60,000 bases of DNA. Source: Squalus acanthias (taxonomy: Eukaryota). The translations under genes and the position numbers were made by a program. Under the pieces are notes generated by a model that worked only from the letters and a program-made list of their open reading frames with translations, was not told the origin of the DNA and ran no database searches. The stretch covers positions 152,522,001-152,582,000 of the forward strand of contig CM059431.1 in the NCBI GenBank assembly GCA_030390025.1, in the 5' to 3' direction. Below are positions 24,960 to 38,760 of the stretch, one piece after another (within the stretch, counting starts at the first letter, position 1; the number at the start of each line of letters is the position of its first letter).

Positions 24960-27075
24960 GACGCTACTCTATCTATATTTGTGGTGATCCTATTCCAACA
25001 TTACTGGTGTTGACTATACTCTAATATTACTGATGATGACTGAACTCTAATATTATTGGTGGTGACACCAATATAAAATTACTGGTCGAGAATCTAGTGA
25101 AACATGAATTATAATGATACTACTCGAACATTACTGATGGTGACACTACCTTAACATTACTATTGGTGACCCCAAGCTATTACATTTTGTGACTCTACTC
25201 TTACATTACTGGAGTTGACTCCACTTTAATATTACTGATGGTGACCATTCACTAATATTTCTGGTTGTGACTCTACTCTAACATTTCTGCTTTGATCCGA
25301 TTCTAACGTTACGGATGGTGACCCTAGTCTAACATTACTGGTGGTGACTCGACTTGAACATTACTGGTAACGACCACTCTCTAAAGTTAATGGTTGCGAA
25401 AATAATGTATAATTAATGGAGATGACACTAATCTAACAAATCTGCTGGTGAGCATAATCTAACATGACTACGGAGGAGACTTCTCTAACATTACTGGTGA
25501 TGAACCTACTCTAACCTTACTGCTGGTGACCCTACTCTCACATTTCTGGTGTTGACCCTACTATAAATTTAATGATTGTGACTGTTCTCCAGCATTAATG
25601 ATTGTGACTCTGCACTAAGATTGTTGTTCTGACTGTACTCTAACATGCCTGGTGTTGATTCAACTCTAACAGTACAGGTGGGGGCCACACTCTAAGAGTA
25701 TTGGTGATGCCCATACTTTAACATTACTGGTGGTGACTCCACTCTAACATTACGAGTGATGAACCTGCTATACCATTACTGTTGTTCAACAAACTGTTGG
25801 TGACCTTAATCTAATTTACTGGTTGTGAATCTACAATGGCATTACTTGAGATGACCCTGCTCTAACCTTATTGGTGGTGACGCTAATGTATAATTACTCG
25901 TGTTGATCCGACTATAATTTTAATGAGGCTGACCATACACTAACATTACTGGCGGTGTGTCGACATGAAGATTACTGGTGGTGATTGGACTCTAACATTC
26001 CTGGTGATGACCCTACTCTAACATTACTGGCCGTGTCCCTACTTTAACATTATTGGTGGTGGCACTACTCTAACATTACTGGTGTTGACCCTACTCTGAC
26101 ATTACTGGTGGTGTACATACTCTAACATTACTGGTGGTGACCTTACTCTAACATTACTGGTGGTGACCCTACTGTAACATTACTGGTGGAGACTCTACTC
26201 TAACATTACTGGTGGTGACCCTACTCTAACATTACTGATGGTGACACTACTCTAATATTACTGGTGGTGACTCACCTCTTACATTACTGGTGGTGAACCG
26301 TCTCTAACATTGCTGGTGGTGACCCTACTCTAACATCACTTGTGGTGACCCTACTCTAACAGCACTGGTATTGACCTACTCTAACATTACTGTTGGTGAC
26401 CCTACTCTAACATTACTGGTGGTGACTCTACTCCAACATTGCTGTTTGTGAACCTGCGCCAACATTACTGATGGTGACCCTACTTCAACAGTGCTGGTGG
26501 TGACCGGACTCTAACATTTCTGATCACAGCACTAACACTACTGGGGCTTTAGCCTAATCTAACGTTACTGGTAGTCACCCTACTGCAACATTACTGTTTG
26601 GAACAAAACATAACAAGTTCTGATCAATACTCGGACCTAATATTATTAGAGGTGATCCTGCTATAACATTGCTGGTGATGACTCTACTCCAACAATATTG
26701 GTGCTGATCCTACTCTGACATCACCGGTGGTGAACTTACTCTAATATTACAGGCCTTTATTCCTACTCTAGCATTATTGTTGCTGACACTAATCTGACAC
26801 TGTTCTTGCCTACACTACCCTAACATGACTGGTGTTAATTGTATTTTAACATCACTGGTGGTGCCGAATTTTAACATCACCTGTGGAGATTCAATTCTAA
26901 AATTATTGATTGTGAGACCCATCTAACATAACATATGGTGACTCGACTCTAACATTAACGGTGTTGAACCTACTGGAAATTACTGTTGATGACCCTGCTC
27001 TATGATTATTGATGATGACTCCACACTAACAATGATGGCGAGTACAAATCTCTGCCATTACTGCTGGTGACCTCT
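24960..27075 (+). repeat. 26-bp minisatellite array, forward
   Basis: Same unit; purest at ~26050-26430. Confidence 0.96.
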
Positions 27076-28097
27076 CGTGGGTACGGCAGCATAATGGAGA
27101 TGTTGCTTGACTTATGTCCAGAGGGCGGGACTAATAATACGAAGATGATGAGTTCCAAACCCGAGCCTCCCCATGGCAGTTTGGGAATTTCAAAGCAGTT
27201 ATTTAAATGAATCTCTAATAAAATGAAAGTATCATGAATGATGCACATGAAGCTATCGGATTAATGTAGAAAAACAAGTTGTTAACTAATGGATAGTAGG
27301 GAAGGAAACCTGTCATCCTTAGCCTGTAAGGCCTATATGTGACACTTAACTATCCTGTGAAATGGCCGAAGAATCCTCTCATTTGTATCAAAGCGCTCTA
27401 AATGAGTATCATAAGAATACAATTGGACGGATCGGGCTCGGATGGAGATAAAGGCACAAACCAACCAGTCGACCCTGCAAATCCTCATCACTAACATCTG
27501 GGGACTTGTGCTAAAATTGGCTGATCTGCCCCACAGACTAGTTCCACAGCAGCCTGACACAGTCATACTGACAGAATCATATATTTCAGCAAATATCTCA
27601 GTCTCTTCCATCTCCATCCCTGGATATATCCTGTCCCACCAGCAGGACAGACCCACCAGATGTGGCGGTACTCCAGTTTATAGTTGGGTCGAAGTGGCCC
27701 CTGAGAGTCCTCAACATTTATTTCGGACTCCAGGAATTTTCGTGGCAGCAGGTCAAACACGGGCAAGAGAAGCTCCGACTGATTACATCCGCCCTCCCTA
27801 AGCTAATGAATCATTCCGCCTCCTTGGAAGAAGCACTAAGGTTAGCGAGGGCGCAGAATGTAGTCTGGGTCGTGGACTTCAATGTCCATCACCAAGACCG
27901 GATCGGTAGCACCACAAACGGACACAACTGCCAGATTGTGCGTGCGGGAGTGGGTGAAGGAACCCACACGGCGGAAATCCCAGTTGACTTCCTCCTGACC
28001 AATCTACCTGATGCATCTCTGCTTGAACGAATTTGTTGTGGTGATTACTGCATAGTCCTTGTGGAGAATAGGCCCGTATTCACAACGAGGGCACCCT
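27076..28097 (+). mobile_element. SINE-like head followed by a LINE AP-endonuclease 5' fragment
   Basis: A/B-box-like head (GCAGCATAATGG...GAGTTCCAAACC), then TNIWGL...PDTVILTESY...IPGY...QDRPTRCGG and WVVDFNVHH. Confidence 0.75.
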
Positions 28098-30422
28098 ACC
28101 TCCAGTCATATTAGAATAGGGTCATCACCAGTAATGTTAGTATAGTGTCACTATCAAAAAAGTTAGTGAAGACCCACCAACAGTAATGTTAGAGTAGAAT
28201 CACCAACGGTGCTGTTGGAGTAGGATCATCACGGGTAATTCTAGAATAATGTCACCACCAGTAACGTTATAGTAGAATCACCAACAGTACTGTTAGAGTA
28301 GGATCACCACATTCAATTCTAGAGTACAGTCACCACCAGTAATGTTAGAGTAGGATCACCACCAGTAATGTTAGAGTAGAGTCACCACCAGTAATGTCAG
28401 AGTAGAGTCGCCTCCAGTAATGTTAGAGTAGGGTCACCACCAGTAATGTTAGAGTAGAGTCGCCACCAGTAATGTTAGAGTAGAGTCACCACCAGTAATG
28501 TTAGAGTAGAGTCGCCTCCAGTAATGCTAAAGTAGAGTCACAACCAATAATATTAGACGAAGGTCAGTACCAATTTTGTTCGAATACAGTCGCCTCCAGT
28601 AATGTTACAGTAGGGTCATCACCAGTATGGTTAGAGCAGAGTCTGCACCAGCAATGTTCGAGCAGAGTAAACAGCAGTAAGGTTAGAGTAGGGACTCAAT
28701 CAGTAATGTTAGACAAGTGTCATCACCAGTAATATTAGCGTAGATTCAGCAGTGGTAATGTTAGAATAGGGTATACACCAGTACTGTTAGACGAGTATCA
28801 CCACTAGTAATGTTAGTGTAGATTCAGCACCAGCAATAACAGAGTAGAATCAACACCAGCAATGTTCGAGTAGGGTCAACATCAGTAATGTAAGAGAAGA
28901 GTCACCAACTGTAATGTTAGAGTAGGGTCTCCACCAGTAATGTTAGACTATGTTCATCACCAGTAATATTAGAGTGGGGTCGGGTGCAGTAATTATATTG
29001 TAGAGCCACACGCCAGTAAAGGTAGACGAGTGTCATCACCAGTAATGTAAGAGTGGGATCAGCAGCATTAATGTTAAAGTAGGGTCACCACCAGTTTTGT
29101 CAATGCAGGATCACCACGAGTAATGTTAGAATAGGGTCTTCACCAATACTGTTAGAGTAGGGTCACCACCATTAATGTTTGAGTGCAGTCACCACCAGTA
29201 ACGATAGATTAGATTTAGCAGCGGTAATATTAGAATAGGTTCACCACCAGAAATGTTCGAGTAGACTAAACTCCAGTAACGTGAGACTAACCAACAGTAA
29301 TGTTAGAGTGCGGTCACAACCAATAATGTTACAGTATTGTCACAATCAGTAACGTTGGACTTGTGTCAACAGCAGCAATGTTATTCTACAGGCACCGCAA
29401 ATAAAGTTAGAATAGGGTCCCCACCACATATGTTAGAGTAGGGTCAATACCAGCAATGTTACAGTAGATTCATCATCAGCAATGTTAGAGTAGAGTCAGC
29501 ACCAGCAATGTTAGAGTGGAATCACCACCAGCAATGTTCGAGTTGAATCATCACCGTACTGTTAATTTAAGGTCACCATCAGTAATGTTGGTGTAGGGTC
29601 AATACCAGCAAAGTTAGAGTAGAGTCACCATCAGCAATGTTTGATTAGAGTCACCACCAGTAATGTTAGATTAGCGTCCGTACCTTTAATGTTAGAATAG
29701 GGTCACCACCAATAATTTTATAGTGGAGTCCCCACCAGTAATGTTAGAGTAGATTCATTGCCAGTAATGTTAGATCAGAATCACCAGCAGTAATGTTACT
29801 GTAGAGTCACCAGCAGTAATGTTAGAGTAGAGGCACCACCAGTAATTTTAGAGGAGGGTCTTCACAATTAATGTTAGTGTAGGGTCTCCATGCATAAGCT
29901 TCGGTTGAGTCATGACCAGTAATATTAGAGTAGAGACATCACCTTTAATGATAGATGATAGCCACTACCAGTAATATTAGTGTAGGATCACCACCAGTAA
30001 TATTAGAGTAGATTCACTGCCAGTAATGTTAGAGTGCGGTCACCAGCAGTAATGTTACTGTAGAGTCACCACCAGTAATGTTAGATTGGAGTCACCACCA
30101 GTAATGTTAGAGGAGGATCTTCACAATTAATGTTAGTGTAGGGTCTCCATCAATAATCTTCGATTGAGTCAAGACCAGTAATATTAATGCACGATCGCCA
30201 CCAGAAATATTAGAGTTGACACATCACCATTAATGATAGATGATGGCCACCACCAGTAATATTAGTGTAGGATCACCACCAGTAATATTAGAGTAGAATC
30301 ATCACCATTAATGTTAAGTGACGGCTACCACCAGTAATATTAATGTAGGATCACCACCAGCAATATTAGAGAAGGGTGACGACCAGTAATGTTAGGGCAG
30401 AGTCATCAACAGTAACGTTAAA
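28098..30422 (-). repeat. 26-bp minisatellite array, reverse orientation
   Basis: GTCACCACCAGTAATGTTAGAGTAG tandem copies. Confidence 0.97.
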
Positions 30423-30606
30423 GCGTTACTTATGTAATGGATGAGAGAAGATTTCACCAAATTATGTGAGGCCCTGAGAAGCTAACACAGGGACTTGGAG
30501 AGATGTTCCCTTCAGGGTTTACATGGCGGGCGCAGAGCACCTGCCCTCTGGAATTAACTCCCTTTCATTGTTTTTAATGGACGGAGTTTCGTGGACTCAG
30601 CTGTAC

Positions 30607-30730
30607 AATTTCCCCATTGGGCGCACTGAAGTGGAAAATCGCCCCTTGTTTGTTCAGTGGCTGTAACTAAGTTCAATTATTGTGTAACCTGATTTTCTCA
30701 CCACAGCACGGATTGTTCTATAAAGGGGGA
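30607..30730 (+). promoter_or_regulatory. Putative GPCR promoter: reverse CCAAT (TTTCCCCATTGG) and TATAAA at 30719-30724
   Basis: Block conserved upstream of all three paralogues; TATA lies 83 bp before the ATG in both intact genes. Confidence 0.6.
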
Positions 30731-30801
30731 GCATTTACGGATCTCAGATACACACCAGTCGGAACTGTAATGCAGGACAGAATTCACACAGACTTCTGAA
30801 A

Positions 30802-33392
30802 ATGGTACGGCCAATAATTCTACAGATAAAGGACATATACTATAATTTTCTCGCAGTCTTTGGTGTTCTCGGTAAGTCAATGCATCCTGTTGTTTAATAG
30901 AAGTTAACGATTTCACTGTTAATGATTATGTAACAGATTCCGTGAAGATCATTTATCTACCGGGATAATTTGGTAAATATCAGCGGGAGTCTTACCACCC
31001 CGCGCGGCCGGTTAGGCGCCATTCTGGCCGGCAGATCTTGGGCACGGGGCACTCAACTTTCCTCTCTACACTGAGGCAGGGCGAGGCTGATTCCCCGGCC
31101 CCTCCAACAGTACATTGTCCAGTAAAGGATGTGCTGCTTAGTATCCATAGTATTTATTTCTTTTGTCCCGTGGTTCCCTGTCTATTTTAAGTTCATAATT
31201 GCTCGGACTGCAGCTACCTCCACCTAACAGCTGAATCTTTTATTTAATCCAGATATTTCCAGTAATTGCTGCGAAATTATATTTAACCACTGCCTGAAGT
31301 ATGGTGGAAGGGAGTCTGAATTTGAGTCCTCCATATTGAATATTCAGTGTTTCATTCCTCTAAATCAATATTTTTATATATATAAATGACCTGGATAATG
31401 GAGTTCAGGGTAGAATTTCTAAATTTGCTGATGACACCAAACTTGGTGGTATGGCAAACAATAGCTGCAACAGAACATAGAAATGCTAGCAGAATGGGCA
31501 GACAAGTGGCAGATGGAATTTAATACAGAGAAGTGTGAGGTGTTGCATTTTGGCAGAAGGATCAGAGAGTGGCAATATACACTCAACAACACAGTTTTAA
31601 AGAGTGTTCAGGGTGAGAGGGACTTGGGAGTTAATGTGCATCGGTCCCTGATGGTGGCGGGGCATATTGAGAGAGTGGTTAACAAAGCATATGGGATCTT
31701 CGGCTTCATAAATACAGTTATTGATTACAAAAGCAGAGAAGTGATGCTCAAACTTTATAAAGCACTGGTTGGACCACAACTGAAGTATTGCGTCCAGTTC
31801 TGGTCAACACACTTCAGGAAGGATATGAAGGACCTTGAGAGGGTGCAGAGGAGATTTACCAACATGTTTCCGGGGATGGGGGTTCTTGGCTACAACGACA
31901 GGTTGGAGAAGCTGGATTTTGTTTCATAAGAGCAAAGGAGGTTGAGGGGTGATTTGATAGAGGCGTTTAAGATTATGGCGGGTTTGGATAGGCTAGACAG
32001 TGAAAGGCTGTTCCCACTAGTTGATGGTAAAAAAGACTAGGGGACACAGCTTGAAGGTTTTGGGTAAGAGATACCGGGGATTTGTGAGGAAAAACTGTTT
32101 TACGCAGTGAGTGGTGAGGACCTCGAATTTGCTGCCGACAAAAGTGGTGGAAGCAGAGACACTCAATGTCTTCAAGGGGAGACTGGTAAGCACTAGAGGG
32201 AAATAATCTTCTAGGGCTACGTCGATAGAGGCGGGGGTGGTGTGGGGGGAGGTTGGGACTGACTGGATTGCGCTACAGAGACCCGGCACGGACTCGATGG
32301 GCCGAATGGCCTCCCTCTCTGCCGTAATTACTGCATGGCTCTTTGGCACCTCAACGCTCGCCTATATGGCAAAACATCAAAGTAGATAACGCTAAGTAGG
32401 AACACATCTTAGCATTCCACCACAATAAGCTGCGAGGTTTATTAGGTGTCCCTGTTACTAAACTCTTCTCCCTCTTCCTTACAGCGAACCTGCTGACAAT
32501 CCTGATTCTCTCCAGAGGAAATTGCGGCCTTTCCAAATGTATCTCGGTCTACATGGTGGCCATGGCGACAGCAGATCTACTGGTCATCATCTTCCATATA
32601 CTGGTGTTTCAGATTTTCTGTTACCAGTTTCCGCATTCATTTCTGTCCTACACTGCCGTGTGTAAGTCCATTCATTACATCAATACCGTCACCCTGGATA
32701 TGTCGGTGTGGTTTACAGTCTTGTTCACTTTTGACCGATTTGTAACTATATGTTGTCAGAAGTTTAAAACAAAGTATTGCACAGTAAGAACTGCAGCAGC
32801 TGTTTTAACAACTGTCCTTGTACTGGTCTGTCTAGAGAATATGCCCTTTGCTTTCTCCTATGTACCTCAACGAATCATTAACAATGTTTCCTGGGGATGC
32901 CGCGCCAGTGAAGCCTTTTATTCTTCGCCTGCAGGCATAGCCTATTTCCGCATTCAAATTATTTTAGTTCCATGGTTTGCTGTTGCTTTGATATTATTGT
33001 TTAATTGTTTGACAGTCAGACGAATTGTAGTAAGCAGTAGGGCCCGCAGGGGACTCCGGGGTCACTGCAGTGAGAATCAGAGCGATCCAGAGATGGAGAG
33101 CCGGAGGAATTCCATCATTTTACTCTTCACTGTATCGGGCAGTTTTATACTGTTGTGGTTGACATCTGTCGTGAGTAACTTGAAGAACAGCCTGGCCGTT
33201 TACTACAAAGGTGAATATGAAACCGCTGCATACATCCTGGCTGCAAGCGGATATATGCTCATGTATTTGAGTTCCTGTACAAACACCTGCATTTATGCAG
33301 CGACACAAACCAAATTCAGGCAAGAGTTGGTGAAGGTGGTGAAATCTCCTTGCACATTGATTCTGATATTGGTTAATAAAATGAAGAATTAA
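30802..33392 (+). CDS. GPR139/GPR142-like class A orphan GPCR, 325 aa; exons 30802-30871 and 32485-33392
   Basis: Exon 1 MVRPIILQIKDIYYNFLAVFGVL, phase-1 GTAAG...TTACAG intron, then ANLLTILILSRGNCGLSKCISVYMVAMATADLL. Seven hydrophobic segments, FTFDRF, SSCTNTCIY; frame open to TAA. Confidence 0.9.
31375..32335 (+). mobile_element. CR1 3' fragment in the GPCR intron
   Basis: KFADDTK, WQMEFNTEKCEVLHFG, LYKALVGPQL. Absent from the introns of the other two paralogues. Confidence 0.9.
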
Positions 33393-34444
33393 AGCATAGC
33401 TTTCTGTCGTAACTAGAGCTCAACTGCAGCCCGTGTTCCGTTTTAGAATGGCAATCTTTCCCTTGGGACAAAAGCGGATTGTTCTTGTGAAAATGAACAG
33501 GTATCAGGAAATATTTTTCCCACTTTTTTCCATGTGTTTGATGTCTGCTGCTTTAACCGGGTGAACATAATCGATTCCCGCTAAAACAGCGCCCTTTCCG
33601 CTGAAGATTCAAAGAGAACAGTCATGACAGAGCTTCAGCAGTGGAGTAGAACATGTGCGCGTCAGCGTTAACTACCTCACACAGCAGCTACTGGAATGAG
33701 ACGCTCAGTTTAATTAACAGATAAACATTCCTATAGTGTGGACACAATGTGTTACAATGGTGTTTATTTGTAATTCTGTAATCTTGGTGTGAATGTTGCA
33801 GGCGCTGGACTCTCCATCAGACTCCGCCCCCCATTGTCACCTGGACCAATAGAACGGGGCCCTGTCTCCTGATCAGTGTCTAATGATGGAGACAGTAGGA
33901 GCTAGACTCATCAATGTGACATTAGACATCTTTGTTCACAGATATTTACTGAAAATCTCAAATAGTTATCAGTTTGTTGGAATGTTATAAGAGGGGAAAT
34001 AACTGTCTAACCCAATTAGTCCTTCTCAGCATTTACCCTCCAGCCGATCAAATAGTTCCTTTCACTTTATCCGCCCGGTCTCAAAATCAATTCATCCTAT
34101 TTTTGTTCATACAATTTAGTCTCCAATATTGACATCATTTCTGCCTCTGTTAATTTCACAGCTTCGCCACTCTCAATGTAAAGAGGAGTCTCTGACCACC
34201 CGTTCTAAATCTCTTCAATCCATTGTTTAATCTATAGCCGTTCGTTCCAGATCCCACAATTAATGGCAGCAGTCTGCTTCTTTCTATTCTGCCCCGTACC
34301 TTCTTAGCCGAAATCACCTGGGCACAACTCGCCAAAAAATCTCATCCTGTAATCAATTCACAATCTAGTGCAAGTCAGTTAAGTGTAATAAAGACAGTTA
34401 ATTGATTGCTTTCTCTTGGAGCCGGAAGCGGTTTACAAAGGATA

Positions 34445-37400
34445 TACAGCACAGAAACAGGACATTCTGCCCAACCAGTCCATGTCGGCGTTTAAGCTCC
34501 ACACGAGCCTCCTTTCATCTTTCCTCATCGAACTCATCAGCATAAACCTCTATTCCCTTCTCCCTCCTATTCTTATCTAGCCTCCCTTCAAATGTGTCTA
34601 TACTATTTGCTGGAACCACTCCCTGTGGTAGCAAGGTTCACATCCTCACATTCTATTAGTAAGAACTTTTTTATGAATTCCATATTTGATTTATTGGTGA
34701 CTAACTTACATTGATGGCCTTTAGTTTTGCTCTTCCCCACATGTTGAAACATTCTTTCTCTGTCTACTCTTTCAAAACCTTTTCATATTTTAAAGAGCTC
34801 TATTAGGTCACCCCTCAGCCTTCTCTTTTCAATAGAAAAGAGACCCAGCCTGTTCATACCTTCCTGATAGGTATATCCTCGCAGTTCTTGTATCATCCTT
34901 GTAAAAAGTTTTTGCACCCTCTACAGTGCCTCTATATCTTTTTTATAATTAGGCGACCAGAACTGTAGGCAGTTTTCCAAGGGAGGTATTACAAAGGTTC
35001 GATACAAGTTTCGCAAAATTCTCTACATTTCAATTCTATCCCTCTTGAATTAAACCCGAGTGCTTGGTTTGCTTTTTTATGTGTAGCTTGCATTTATAAA
35101 CCTGCGTCGCTAGTTTTAGTGATTTGTGTATTTGTAATCCAATATCGCTTTGCTTTTCTGTCCCATTTAGATTCTTATATTCCAAATAATATGTGACTTC
35201 CTTATTTTTCTTACTACCCATTTATCTGTGTTGAAATGCGTTTGCCTATTCTGCAAGTTTATTAATGTCTTCTTGTAATTTGTTGCAGCCCTCCTCAGTA
35301 TTGACTATCACAGCCGCACCCTTCTCCCAAATTTGGTGACATCCGACAATTTAGAAATAGTTTTCTTGATTCCAAAGTCTAAATTGTTAACATAAATTGT
35401 GAACATACATGGTCCCAGCACTGAACATTGTGGGACCCCACTTTTCATAATCTGCCGCTCCGTATAGCTAACCTTTACCCCTACTCTCTGCTTTCTGTCT
35501 TGAAGCCAGCTAACTATCCATTCTGCTGCTTGTTGCCTCACTCTGCTTTCTCTGACATTTTTCATTAGTCTGTTATGCAGTCCTTTATCAAAGGCATTTT
35601 TGAAATCTCGATAAATTACTTCTATTACTTTACCCTTGTCAACGCTCTCTGTTACCTCTTCAAAGAATTCAATGATTGTGGTCAAACACGACTTTCTCTT
35701 TCGAAATGCATGCTGACTAATCATTATTATATTTTTGGCTTCTAGATTTTCTTCTATTTTTTTCCTTTAGTACGGATTCCATTATTTATTCTAACACCGA
35801 TGTTAAGATGACTGCTCTATAGTCCCATGGACATGTTCCATTTCCCTTCTTAAATATAGGTATTACGTTAGCTATCCACCAGTCATTTTGAACTCTACCG
35901 TTTCCTAACGAATTATTAAATATGTGTAATAGTGTCTCTTCCGTCGCTTCCCTAGATTCCTTTCAAATGAACGAATGTAATCCATCTGAAGCAGGGCATT
36001 TATCCTGTTTGAGTTCGATTAGTGTATTTAATAGTTCTCCTTTTTCATTTTAAATGCGGTTATATCATTTCTAATCTCATTTTCCGATGTCACGTCTACC
36101 TGACCGTCTCCCTGGTAAATACTGAAGTAAAGTAATTATATAATATTTCTGGCATTTCGCTATCGCTGCCTTTGATTTTATCCTGACCGTTCCTTAATGG
36201 CTGTATTCCCATCCCAAAATTCCTTTTTAATTATGTGCCTGTAGAATATTTTATTACGTTGTTTTATGTTCCTTGCTAATTTAATCGCAAGTACCCATTT
36301 GCCTTCCTATTGTTTTTTTTACTTCTCTATTATCTTCGTAGGCTCCCTTGCCATGATCTCCCCTGTTGTCCATTTTCTTAGTGTATGCCTCTCCTTATCC
36401 TCAATTTTTCCCTTATGTCTTTATTCTTCCATGGCGTCTCATTAGTGTTTAGTTTGTTCTTGAATTTTAGTGGAATATATTTTCCTGGTCCTGCTGAATA
36501 AATGTTTCCCATTGTTGTTCTACATCATTGCTTGCCAATATTGTTGTACATTTTATTTTCCCAAGTTCTATTCTCAGCCCCTCAAAATCGCATTTTCACC
36601 AATCTATTACCCTGATCGTCGTCATACTTATGTCCTTCTCAATTATTACCTGAAATCGTATTATATTATGGTCACTATTATCTGGATGCTGCTCCACTTT
36701 TACTTCTCTTATATGCTCTGGTTCATTCCCCATTACTCGATCCAGTAGCTAATTCTCCCTTTTCGACTTCTTACCTATTGGAATCGAAAGGAGTACTTTG
36801 AACATAGAGGAACTCCATTCCCTTATTCCCTTTACCTAGCTCTTCTGTTCAATTAATTTCGGGGCAGTTTAATCTCCACATGTTTTTTATTTTTTTAATC
36901 TAATTTCTCTCATTTGTTTCAAAATTTCTGACTTCATCTCTTCTTCCACCATTAGTATTCTGTAGACTTCCTCTGGGATTGTGATTCATCCTTCATTATC
37001 TTTTATCTCTAGCAACTTGGATTCTATTTCTGTCTTACTGATAGCTGCGTCATTTTTTCTACTGCCATTATGTTACCTATAATAAGCACAACTACTCCAT
37101 CTCCCTTTTCCCTTCTCTATCTTTTCTAAATATACCCTGCAAAGTTTAATTCCAAGTCCTGATTTTTCTGTAGCCATTTCTTAGTATTCCCTACAATATC
37201 TGGTTCCTTGCAACATATTAGTGCCTCCATTTCCCTTGTGTTATTACGGACAGAGTGTGCATTGCTGTACGGTGTGCTAAACTCATGCTTAATAGCAGTT
37301 CTTATCGCTTTATTTTTAATCATATTTTCACTCTCTAGTACAATAACTCTATTAAATACCTAGAGTCTATGCCCTCCCTTAGTTTATTCCTTCCTATGCT

Positions 37401-38760
37401 CTCCGTTCCTGTTTCGTTTATATTTAGTCTGATTTCATTTCTTATAGATCCCTTGTTACGAATGCTTCGTGCATTCAGATAAACAGCCTTTAATTTTAAC
37501 ATTTTTCCATTATTCTCTGCTTTCTCCTTATTCGCTGATGTACTATTACCATTAAGCTATCTGTCCTTTCCTGTCACATTCTGCTTATCTTTACCCAAAT
37601 CGATAAACCGCTCCATTGCCTTGACTTTTAGTTTCAAGCCCCATCAACAGTCCGTGTTATTCGATTCACCAGGATACAGGACCCAGCCCTGTTTAAGTGG
37701 AGACCCTCCCAATGGAACAGCTCACTCTTTTTCCAGAACTTGCGCCAGTGCCCATGAATCGAAGCCTCTTCCTCCCAAACCATTCTTTTAGCAAATTCTT
37801 CAACTCTCAGTTCTGCATATCCCTATGGTAATTTGCACGTGGATGAGTTTACAATCCAGAAATTATTATTTTGAGATCATGCATTTTAAATTGTAAACTC
37901 GCTCCTCAAACTCTCTCAGCAGAACCTCATTCCTAGTTCGACGTATGTCATTGGTTCCTACGTGGACCACGACCACTGGATCCTCCCCCTCCCACTCCAA
38001 ATGGTTATCCAGCTGCGGGGAGATATCCTTAAACCTGAAAGGCAACAGAGCCTTCGGAACACACGTCCGTTGCTGCAGAGAACGGTGTCTCTCCTCCTGA
38101 CTATACTGTCCCCTACCACAACTACATTCATTTTAACTCCCCCCACTTGAATGGCCTCCTATACCACGATGCCGTGGTCAGTTTGCTCATCCATCCTGCA
38201 GAATTTGCCCTAATCCACACAGGCAGCAAGAACCTCATACCTGCTGAATACGTACTAAGCCGAGGCTCCGCCAGCACTGCACCTGGGGTCCCGTTGCCTG
38301 ACTGAGTCGCAGCCACACCCTCCTGTCCCTGACCACAACCAGGCCTGTTCCACTACCTAACCGAAGGGGTGTGACTGCCTCCTGGATCAAAGTGTCCAGG
38401 TAACTCTCCCCCGCCCTGATGCCTCGCACTGTCTGCACCTCGGTCTCCTGTTCAACAACTCCGAGCTGAAGTTCCTAGAGGTGCAGGCACTAACTGCAGA
38501 CATGGTCGTCAGGGATCGCGATGCTCGCCACAAACATACCACTTGATGCGGTTGCGGAACACAACCTGCACTGCCATCACTATACAACCTCGTTTTAGTT
38601 ATTTAATTAATTAATGCTTATGCATTCAAATAACTTAGCTCATGGTTTATTTTTTAACTATTTTCTACATCTAGTTGAAGTTATAGTTTGAACCCACTTC
38701 GCTAGCTTCGAGAGCAAACTCAGCTGTAATACTCACAAACCAATCACCTACCTGCTGTCC
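34445..38760 (-). mobile_element. Old, heavily degraded full-length CR1
   Basis: Remnants VVGDSIVR (ORF1), NAHSVRN/PDIVG (APE) and SQHAF...DFKNAFDK...GVPQCSVLGP (RT). Confidence 0.82.
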
